Positions 11,226-20,000 of a stretch of 20,000 nt of DNA are shown here, in pieces. The notes under the pieces are model-generated. The model saw nothing but the letters and a program-made list of their open reading frames with translations, did not search any database and was not told where the DNA came from. Every line of letters begins with the position of its first letter. The first letter of the stretch is position 1. The stretch comes from Saprolegnia diclina VS20 (lineage: Eukaryota): assembly GCF_000281045.1 (NCBI RefSeq), contig NW_008246077.1:90431-110430 (forward strand), read 5' to 3'. A program made the position numbers and the translations under genes.

Positions 11226-12705
11226 ATGGCATTGCGCGCTTCTGTTTCGCAAGCAAGATCCGTCAGTCGACGGACGAGCCCCATGCGTCGGAAAGCGGTG
11301 TACGTGGCCGCGACGCGCCAGCACGTGGGCAAGACGAGCACCTGCCTCGGACTGCTCCAGGGCCTCACCAGTCGCTTCGAGAACATTGGCTACATCAAGC
11401 CCGTCGGCCAGCAGTCTGTGCTCGTGTCCGGAAACCTCCGCGTCGACAGGGACGTTCGCGTCGCCAAAGGTACGTCGCCGCCTTGTTGACGCCTTCCGCC
11501 AACTCGATGCTAGAGGTCTTCAACCTCAAGAACTGTGACTACGCTGACATGAGCCCCGTCGTCATCCCGAGCGGCTACACACGCGAGTACCTCGACGGAA
11601 AAATCTCGCTCGAGTCGCAGCTCGAGAAGATCAGCTCGAGTTTCAACCGCATCGCCGCCCGCAACGACGTGCGTAGACTGCTCTACGGCTTGTTTTAGAT
11701 CGCATTTTCTTTTGGTCGAGTAGTTTACCGTCGTGGAAGGCACGGGGCACACGGGGGTCGGCTCGATCGTCAACGTCAACAACGCCCGCGTCGCCGCCGA
11801 GCTCGGTCTGGACATGATCCTCATCGCGAACGGTGGTATTGGTTCTGCGTTCGACGACCTTGCGCTCAACCGGTGCGTCCTCTATCTTGTCACTCAGGTT
11901 ATGGTTACGATGGTGGGCACCAGGGTCATGTGCAAGGAGTATGGCGTCAAGATTTGCGGTGTCATTCTCAACAAAGTCCGCGCCGACGTACCGTTTTGCG
12001 CTCGCAGTGCATTTCGACTTAGCGTTGTCTCATGCTAGAAAATGGACATGATGTGGGACTACTTCCCAAAGGCGCTCAAGCAGTGGGACGTGCCCCTCCT
12101 CGGTGTCGTGCCCGATCTCGTACGTTCATGTGCGTTTCGAAGCTCATGTTATCATTGCGTGCATGTAGCCACGCCTCGCGCAGCCATCGATGCTGGACTT
12201 TGAAGAGCTATTTGGTACCAAGCTCCTGAGCGGCTCGAACCGCCGCATGACGCAGTTCCGCAACGTCTCGCTCGTCACGTCCGGCTTGCGGCGCTTCCTC
12301 GTCAAGCTCTCGTCGCACGAGTTCAACGACACGCTCTTCGTCACGCACGCATCCCGGAACGACATCATCCTTGGGTTTCTCTCCCACAGCCAGAACTACG
12401 AGCTCAAAACTGGCCGCGAGTTTGGCGGCGGCTTGATTCTCACGGGCCGCCCGCCCGTGGACCAGCCCCAAGACTACATCATGGAGATCATTTCGCGGTC
12501 GACGTCCCCCGTGCTGTACGCGCCACTGACGACGTACCGCGCCATGGACCTCATGACGGGGTTTACAGGTACCTTGCATGATCTTCAAAATGACTATGTA
12601 CATATGACACAACTAGCCAAGTTCAATGCGACGGACGTCGGCAAGGTCCTGACGTGTGCCAAGCACTACGAAAACTATGTCAAGTTTGACACTCTCCTGC
12701 AATAA
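11226..12705 (+). CDS. BioD-like/AAA_26 P-loop + DRTGG-domain protein (phosphate acetyltransferase N-terminal-like, no PTA catalytic domain), 7 exons
   Basis: AVYVAATRQHVGKTSTCLGL (P-loop variant), IGYIKPVGQ, VVEGTGHTGVGS, NARVAAELG, GVILNKV, LLGVVP, then DRTGG-like LFVTHASRNDIIL...GLILTGR. Six GT-AG introns at about 11470-11513, 11669-11722, 11873-11923, 11988-12038, 12120-12168 and 12569-12616. The N-terminus is Arg/Ser-rich with no acidic residues. Confidence 0.85.
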
Positions 12706-12858
12706 TATGACACGAGCAACGCTCAGCCTTGTTTTTGAAGCTACCAGCTGCACAATAGTATATCAGGTGGCAGTCGTGGCTAGGGCAGGGTTCGGGTTGT
12801 GCATCCAAGAACCACAAGAGGAGAGAGACAACAAAACGACGAGTGATTAGATGAGCGA

Positions 12859-14828
12859 TTAAACAAACCGGCGAATGCGGGTCGTGATGGGGTCCCGGCA
12901 GTTGGGGCAGTTGACGATCTGCGTCGAGCAGAGCATGCACGTCTCGTGGCCGCAAGCAAACACCGTGTCCTTGCAGCGTTCCATGCAGATGCAGCAGAGC
13001 GACGCTTCTTCCAGGCTGCGAATGCGCTGCTTGAGCGACGTCACGGCCGCGTCGCTGACCAGCGGGATGGCCACCATCTCACACACCTTGCAAACGCCCG
13101 ACGTGACACCGTGTTCACAGCTGGGTGCATTCTCGGGCGCGCGATCCAGCGACATCAGCAGCGCCCGCGCCTCCGGTGCAGCCATGTCCATCGCGGTAAG
13201 ACCCGACTATGCACAGCTCCATTGAGTTCGACGGAAATCGTAAAGACTGCGTACGTTCGAGCGAAGGGTCGTGTCGGCGCCGGCGCGCAAGAGCGCGGCC
13301 AGGATCGGGAGCCGCGTGTACTTTGCAGCTTCGTGGAGTGGCGTCATGCCGTCCTACACACCACAATTTCGTTGAGCTAGGCACTACCGACGGGAAGCGC
13401 ACCATGTTGGCACGGTTGACGTCAATGTCGGGATGTTCCAAGAGCAGATCAACGAGGTCGCCTTGGTTGTACCACGCAGCATACGAGAGTAGGGTCCAGT
13501 CGCGCTACAGGTCAATGATCGCTCGTTCCTGTATCATTTGGCGCCAAACGCACCGGGCCAAACTGTTCGTTGATGTTGGTGACCGAACGGCTTGTAATGC
13601 GGCGCTTGACTTCATTCCACTTGCCGTGGAGCGCACACTCGCCAACGGTTTTCCCAGGCGTTTGCAGAATGAGCGCCCGGCCTTCAGCCGACGCCATATC
13701 AATGGGGAGGAGCCCGGCCTGTCATAAATGTGTTCTTCGCTCTCGAGAACCAAGAAACACAAGAAAGTACGTTGTTGCGAAGGGCCGTGTTGGCCCCCGA
13801 CCGCAGAAGCGTCGTGAGGATCGGGAGGCGGTTGTACTTGGCAGCCTCGTGCAGAGGCGTCATGCCGTCCTACGCGCGTTGAGATGAGACCGCAGCTTCG
13901 CTGGATGGACAGCGTGCCATGTTGGCTTGGTTGATGTCGATACCGCGGTAGCCAAGCAGGAGGTCGACAAGGTCGACTTGGTTGTACCACACGGTAAAGG
14001 CCAAGAGCGTCCAGTCGCGCTACACCATGGACGTTAGTGGTGCAGAGCGTGGCCCGAGCACGTACGGCGCCAAAGGGCTCGTTGATGTTGTCGATCGACT
14101 GGCTCGTGATGCGCCGCTTGACCTCGTTCCACTTGCCGTGGAGCGCGCACTCACCAACCGTGAACATGCGTCCCCGCAGCAATTCCCGCACTTGCATGCG
14201 CTTGGCGACTGCAAACGGCTTGTCTCCATTCTACACCCAACCGTGTCACGACGACGTTTTGAGACAGGTTGGGTAACGTGCCTTGTTGGTCAGCTGCGGA
14301 TTCGCGCCCGCCGCGAGGAGCCCCTTGACGACGTCGAGCTGTCCTGCTTTAGCCGCCTCGTGCAACGGTGTCGAGCCGTCCTACGCATATGTCGCTCACA
14401 ATGCGCTAGGATCCGCACTACCTTGTTCTTCGCGTTCATATCCGCGCCTGCACCGATAAGATCTTGGCAGACGTCGAAATGGCCGTGCTTGGCGGCCTCG
14501 TGCAGGGGCGTCGTCCGGTCCTACGTGTGCGCATGAGAAACGACGAAATGCAAAACGCATGTCCTCGTACGCGACTGCCCTTGTCGACGTCAATGTCGTT
14601 GCATCCGAGCAAGAGATGCACGATCCCATGCTGTCCGTGGCGGGCGGCGACCGCCAGCGCCGTCGTGTCCGTCTACGATGGAGCGCATGAGTCGTGTGAT
14701 CGATGGTCCATGGTGTGACGTACGACGCCCGCGGTTGCGTTGACGTCGGCCACAGCATGCGCCTTCAAGCGCTCTTCCAGCTCGGGCCAGCTTTCGCGCA
14801 GCGCGAGGTCTGCCATGGAGGTTGCCAT
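12859..14828 (-). CDS. Ankyrin-repeat RING-HC (C3HC4) putative E3 ubiquitin ligase, paralog A, 11 exons
   Basis: Start MATSMADLAL (ATG 14828). Ankyrin exons include DRTTPLHEAAKHGH, DGSTPLHEAAKAGQ and DGMTPLHEAAKY (x2). C-terminal coiled segment, then CCICMERCKDTVFACGHETCMLC..CPNCRDPITTRIRRFV*. Confidence 0.9.
13170..14165 (-). repeat. Internal tandem duplication of a three-exon ankyrin module in paralog A
   Basis: TVGECALHGKWNEVKRRITS..NINE.FG / RDWTLL..WYNQ.DLVDLLL / DGMTPLHEAAKY.RLPIL occurs at ~14165-13680 and again at ~13650-13170. Exons are similar; introns look unrelated. Confidence 0.9.
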
Positions 14829-15654
14829 CGCTTTGCTTGTTTGCGCCGAATTGGGATTTGGACCACTGTTGGCCAATGGGAACCGCGCAATTTACAAGGC
14901 GCTGTAGGATTGGCCGTAATAAGGCCAGAGCAAACTGGCTCAAACGGTACTGCTGAGGCGTGACATGGCTGTTGGCAGAGGCCAAGGAGCACGCAAGAAG
15001 CTTCAGGCAGCTGCTGCATACGTCATCGCATTGGTTAGCTCCCTAAGTGCACAAAAGAGGACGAGTCAAATGAGAGAGTCCTGCGGGCGTCTGTCTCTAG
15101 CAACAACGTCGTTGCCGCTTCGTGCTTAGATGCGAGCTGGGTGAAGTCAAATGAGTACGTTGGGCGTACTCAGAAGCGGACCTTGAACTTGAAGATGGCG
15201 CCTCTTCCTCGCATGTGATTGGTCAAAGAATACCGCGCGTGGCGATCTTGCGGGCAAGATCGAAATTTTTTTGTAAAATAGTTTCCCTTCGCTTGTGAGT
15301 CCATTCGGATAGGACGAGTTCGTGGGTACATCTACCGACGTACACTGCTGCATTAGACGCTAGACCACCTTGGGTGCGATCATCCTGCTGGGAGTTTGGA
15401 GCCTACGCTGATGCGATGATGTGATCACCCGCTTCTAACGTACGCTGCTGATAGAAATACTGTCAATTTCGTCTTCTCCAAGATGAAGGGCTTGTGTGTT
15501 GAGAGGGAGTCCGATCAAGCAGGCTTCGAGTATGCAACCCAAGGCTTTTGTTCATAGTTCCTTGCTTGAAGATTGAAGCGAAGGTCTGCCATTGGTACCA
15601 CCATATATGTCGACAAAGTCATCCAATGTGCTTGGCATTCGGTTTACATGATGG

Positions 15655-17665
15655 TTATACAAAGCGGCGGATGCGGACGTTGATGGGCTTCCGACACGTG
15701 GGGCAGCTCTTCATCTGCGTGGCGCACGCGCCGCAGGTTTCGTGGCCGCAGAGAAACACCGTGTCTTTGACGAGCTCTTCGCAGATGCTGCAGAGCGTCG
15801 CTTCGCGGAGTCGGTCGACCTCAGCCTCGAGAGCTGCGATATCGCATGGGCCCTTGGCGCTGCTTGCAAAGGCAAACTCGCACATGGCGCAGTTTGTGTC
15901 GTAGATGCCGTTGGCATACGTGCACTGGGGACACGCGAGGCCATCCTTGGCTGCGGCCACAGGGTGTCGGGGTAACATGCCCTCCATCGCCTCGAGAAGA
16001 CGACGGCACTCGACCGTGGCCATGTCTCTCGGAGTTTCGCCCCTCTAAGTTATCCATCAATTTTCACACGTCAGCAATGCACGCACCATGGTTTTCAGTC
16101 GCGTGTTGGCACCGGCGTGCAAGAGCAAGGCCAAAATACCGACGCGGTTCTTTGCCGCCGCTTCGTGCAACGCTGTGCGCCCATCCTAAAAGCCCTGAGA
16201 TCCCCCTATCCATGAGATGTCGTGTCCGTACGATGCTGGCCGCATCGAGATCGATGCCGTCGTACTCGACGAGGCGCCGCACGAGAGAGAGTTGGTCGTG
16301 GCGCGCTGCGAGGCTCAGCAGCGTGTACCGCTTCTGTATGTCCGTCAAGTAGACTGTAGTACATGTTGAAATGCAAGAAAGGACTGACCTCGTCGATGGG
16401 GGTGTTGATGTCGGTGATTGACCGCGCGTCCACGCGCCGCGCAACGTCGCTCCACAAGCCACGCTGGGCGCATTCGCCAAACGAGAGACCCGAGGCGAGC
16501 AACATGCGAAAGCGCCCGTCCATCGTCGCAAGCTGGATCGGCAACTGGCCTTCCTACACGATCCATGAGCTCCGATAAGGGCATTGGTAGTTTGACGTGC
16601 CTTGTTCTTCAGTAGCGCATTGGCCCCAGCTTCAATGAGGGCGACGAGGACGTCTTGGTGGTCGCGTTGTGCGGCTTCGTGAAGGGCTGTCATTCCGTCC
16701 TAGAGCTCAAATCGGTCCATGCACATTCCCATTAGAAGATGTACCCGGTTGGTTTTGTTGATGTCGACGCCGTCACAGCGCAAGAGATGATGCACAAACG
16801 TCCCTTGGTTCTCTCGCGCAGCATACGATAAGAGGGTCCATCGGGGCTAAATCCCCATTTACTAGTAAGTCAAGGCACAGTAGACGCAAAACCGTACGAT
16901 GCCAAATACAACGTTGACGTCGGCAAGCGTATGGGTTGCAGCTCGCCGCTCGAGCTCCCACCAGTCACCGCGTAGCGCACAGTCCGTGTCGGAGGCCATC
17001 GCGGTGTGCAGGAGGTTGCGCATGGCAACGTCGATCGTCACATCGATGGGCAGACGGCCCGCCTATTCACAGCATTCTGTCATGCGTCTCACAACCGGTT
17101 CCAGGATGGCACCTTGTCCTTGACGTGCGGATTGGCGTTGGCTTTCAAGAGCCCTCGCACCATAGCGTCGCAGTCCGCTTCGGTGGCATAATGCAACGGG
17201 GTTCGGCCGTGCTGCCAGCAGCCGTTCAAACCTCCAGGATCCTGCTGACCGCGTACCTTGTCGATTGCGTTGATATTGGCGTAGCTGCGCAAGAGCGCAT
17301 TGGCAATCGGCCACCGGCCGCGGCTCGCTGCCTCGTGCAGTGGCGTGCGGCCCATCTACAACACCCGTGAGCGTGCAACCCCGCAGATTACAGCATACGT
17401 CGTTGGCCTTGTCGACGTCGATGTCCACGTGGAGTAGAAGCTGCTCTAGAATGTCGGCTTGGCCGTACTGGACTGCGAACGAGAGCGCGGTGGCACGATG
17501 CTACAGTCGCCATTGCCATGGTGGGAGAGGGCGATGCAACGTGATACGTACGAGGCCCGTTGTGGCGTTGACGTCGCCGAGCGCGTGATTGCGCAGCCAC
17601 GCCTCGACGCGGGGCCAGGCTTCGCTCTCGGCGAGGGCTGCGATTGTCGCTGGCGGCATCGTCAT
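15655..17665 (-). CDS. Ankyrin-repeat + RanBP2/NZF-type zinc finger + RING-HC putative E3 ligase, paralog B, 11 exons
   Basis: Start MTMPPATIAAL (ATG 17665). Ankyrin exons include MGRTPLHEAASRG, HGRTPLHYA, DGMTALHEAA and DGRTALHEAA. Zinc finger LACPQCTYANGIYDTNCAMCE. RING CSICEELVKDTVFLCGHETCGAC..CPTCRKPINVRIRRFV*. Same exon layout as paralog A. Confidence 0.9.
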
Positions 17666-18010
17666 GTTCTGCGAAGTATGCAAAGCACTCCGACTTGATT
17701 CTGCGCACATGATAGTTTTGCCTCGTTTGTCCCAAGTAGGAATGCATGTTTATCCCAAGCCAGAGCAAGAATGATGCTCGCCGTGCAACACGATTGCTGC
17801 TGTTGATTGTAAGCTTAGGCGACTGCAGCAAGCGGGTGATCATGGTGCTCACACGCAAACTGCAGTTTGTGCATACAGAGTTGTTCATCTTCTTTCTCAC
17901 TTGATTGTCAAAGCCAGAAAGATTGCTGCAACATTCGATGCTGTGATTGGATCAAATCCACGAAGAGCAGCGCACCTATTGGTCTGCGCTTGGATTTTCG
18001 ATCTTGCAGC

Positions 18011-18787
18011 ATGGACGAAGTGGCCTTTCCAGCCATCGACCGGGCGAAGCGCAGATTCCTCAAGCGTACGGCGCCGCTTCGATTCAACAGACGACACCAT
18101 AGCGGCGCCGGCCCGAGTGACAGCAGCGAACCGAATGACAGCGACGCTGGTGCGCTCTTGCGCTCCCTCTACGAGGCACTCGACGCCGATCTCGCGGGCC
18201 GATATGCGCTACCCGTCATTGACGTGCCGGCACTTGACGCTAGCTACGCGGAGCTGCTTGTACTTCTCGACGCACCCATCGCACTGCCTGAGCTTGAGTC
18301 GTGTGTCGTCGCAGCGCCATCTCCGAGTGCAGTTCGACCTCCTCCACCTCCATGCAGTGAGGTAGGTACCAACACGGAGAACATGATTTTACGATCAGCA
18401 ACGACACAAACACCGTCGCCAGCGCAGTGCGCAGCGCGAATCCAGCGGCGATTCCGACGCTATCTCGCTTCGGCGTTGTTTCGCGGCGGTCGCGCCCAGT
18501 GGCAACGATATGTCCAGTTCCAGCGCCGGCCACGCAGCCCCGCCTTCACGCCACGTGGTCTCTGGAGTGCGTGGCAGCGCTACGTCGCTGAGCGAAGACA
18601 GTGGCAAGGACGCGCCTCTGAAAGCGTCGTTGAGTCGAGAGATGACGTTTTAGCCCGGCGCGCCGCCATCAAGGCGCTGGACGGCGTCTACGGCATGGCT
18701 AAAGCCCACGACAGTCGCCAGCGCCAACGACGCACGTTCAGCGCGTGGGTGCGATGGATCGCCATACGACCGTGCGATCGGAACTAG
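18011..18787 (+). CDS. Hypothetical protein with an IQ-like motif and Trp-containing helical repeats
   Basis: ATG 18011 (MDEVAFPAIDRAKRRFLKR) in a long open frame to TAG 18787. Contains AARIQRRFRRYLA, WSAWQRYV and FSAWVRW. A TGATTGG element lies upstream (17944-17950). Confidence 0.7.
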   Translation: MDEVAFPAIDRAKRRFLKRTAPLRFNRRHHSGAGPSDSSEPNDSDAGALLRSLYEALDADLAGRYALPVIDVPALDASYAELLVLLDAPIALPELESCVVAAPSPSAVRPPPPPCSEVGTNTENMILRSATTQTPSPAQCAARIQRRFRRYLASALFRGGRAQWQRYVQFQRRPRSPAFTPRGLWSAWQRYVAERRQWQGRASESVVESRDDVLARRAAIKALDGVYGMAKAHDSRQRQRRTFSAWVRWIAIRPCDRN

Positions 18788-18931
18788 CAGTCGCGTCTTG
18801 CATTGCAGCGGTGGACCCAAATGCTGGATACATCATCGTCGCAGCCCTTAGTGTCTAGCCTTGCACCTTGGTCGGACGACTATTTCCATCGAGCGTCGAC
18901 TAAGTTAAAAAGTTTAAATATGATGCGTCGG

Positions 18932-19765
18932 TCACGCTGCCGACGCGAGGTGCGTCTCGAGGGCGGCCGAGTCGAAGCTAATGCGGTCGTCGTTCAAGGA
19001 CGACACGCTGCCATCGTCGTCCTCAGAGAGACCGATCGAGAGCTCGCTTTCTTGGCCGTACGAGCTGCCGCTGTGCCACTGGGACCAAGACGACTGAGCG
19101 CTCAAGCGAGTCATTTCATGTTCTGCGCGCATCGGCTGCTGCGCGTATGCGGCGTGCGGTTTGGGCTCCAAAAGCGTCGGCACGGACCAGCTCGTTGTCC
19201 ACGGATTCGGGTACGTCGTGCGGTAGGGCGCGCCGTGTCGATTGGTCTCGTCGTCGGCCGCGGCGTCCCCGGGGCGGTAGTGGAACGCAGACCAGCGCGA
19301 GAGGACCTTGGACGGAATGCCGTCGCGGGAGAGCATGATGACGTCTGCGTCGTCATCATCGTCGCCCCCGCCGTAGGTGCTGAGCTGATCAAAGTTGGTT
19401 TCGCGGCCCTCGCTGAGCATGCTGAGCTTGGTCTTGTGGATGCTCACGGGCGGCTCCACGGAGCTGTAGGCGCTCGTCACGATCTGCTCGCAGGGCGTGA
19501 GCACCTCGAGGAGCACGACGCTGCTCATGCCATCGCCGATGCTCGACCGGTCGTCATCGTCGTTGGGGTCCGTGGGCGCCATCGGGCGCTCGTTGGGTTT
19601 GTCGGCCGCATGCCGCCGCATGTAGATCATGCCCAAGACCAGTAGCACGAGGACAAGGTTGGCCAAGATGACGAGGCTGTAGACCATGACGTTGTCGCTG
19701 GTGGCGCGGACGGGCGCGACGATCGGCGTGTCGTTCCATGCGGCAGACCCGGACGATAGGCTCAT
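18932..19765 (-). CDS. Hypothetical single-pass membrane protein with an acidic/Ser-rich disordered tail
   Basis: Likely start gccATG 19765 (MSLSSGSAAWNDT). Hydrophobic segment VMVYSLVILANLVLVLLVLGMIYM is followed by RR (positive-inside). Codon usage is coding-like; stop at 18932. Confidence 0.75.
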   Translation of the reverse strand: MSLSSGSAAWNDTPIVAPVRATSDNVMVYSLVILANLVLVLLVLGMIYMRRHAADKPNERPMAPTDPNDDDDRSSIGDGMSSVVLLEVLTPCEQIVTSAYSSVEPPVSIHKTKLSMLSEGRETNFDQLSTYGGGDDDDDADVIMLSRDGIPSKVLSRWSAFHYRPGDAAADDETNRHGAPYRTTYPNPWTTSWSVPTLLEPKPHAAYAQQPMRAEHEMTRLSAQSSWSQWHSGSSYGQESELSIGLSEDDDGSVSSLNDDRISFDSAALETHLASAA

Positions 19766-20000
19766 GGCCAAGCCGAATTGGCATCTGCGGCGTTTTGTTT
19801 CTGGCATCATTCTGTGGCCGGCGCCGGAGACCAAGACGAGGCTCGGCAGAAAGGCAGTTCCGCTTAGCACTGGCTTCAACTTGCCAAGAAGAGGATATCG
19901 CTTTGTCACAGCCCCATCGCAACGTGGTTATACATTTCTGGAGATGGCAACAGGTGCACTTGGCTGTATGTCGGCTACAGCTGAAGGTACGATGCGAAGG

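Noticed and set aside
11095..11256. Extension of the kinesin ORF to 11256, overlapping the divergent gene
   Set aside because: It relies on a non-ATG start and runs through AT-rich promoter-like sequence. ATG 11094 has a better context.
13170..14165. Repeated segments as a CRISPR-like array or mobile element
   Set aside because: The repeats are duplicated ankyrin exons differing at synonymous sites and separated by spliceosomal introns, in a eukaryotic context.
14830..15650. Spacer between the ankyrin paralogs, including ORF 15147-15353
   Set aside because: No coding signal, terminal repeats or recognisable RNA structure. Consistent with 3' UTR plus promoter (several CCAAT/ATTGG boxes).
18803..19645. 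280-aa + strand ORF
   Set aside because: It is antisense to the membrane-protein gene and shows the V/R/G-rich composition typical of a shadow frame.

Overview
Eukaryotic genomic DNA, most likely from an oomycete (Saprolegniales-like; inferred from the GC-rich compact genes, many ~45-55 nt introns and the gene families present). I spliced the genes by hand and read ten protein-coding genes: (1) a multi-domain voltage-gated cation channel, cut by the window start, with EF-hands in the DI-DII linker and a DEP-like domain in the DII-DIII linker; (2) a Yip1/YIPF5-like protein; (3) a small intronless hypothetical protein; (4) an acylphosphatase-like protein with a signal peptide and C-terminal HDEL; (5) a kinesin-13 whose motor ends the protein; (6) a stand-alone BioD-like/DRTGG (Pta N-terminal-like) protein, divergent from the kinesin; (7-8) two tandem ankyrin-repeat + RING-HC paralogs with largely one repeat per exon and three apparent GC-AG introns; (9) an IQ/TQT-motif protein; (10) a single-pass membrane protein. 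I saw no RNA genes, CRISPR arrays or recognisable transposons. The strongest candidates for novelty are the EF-hand + DEP channel architecture, the ER-targeted pseudo-acylphosphatase and the modular ankyrin-RING pair. All family calls come from motif recognition, not database searches.
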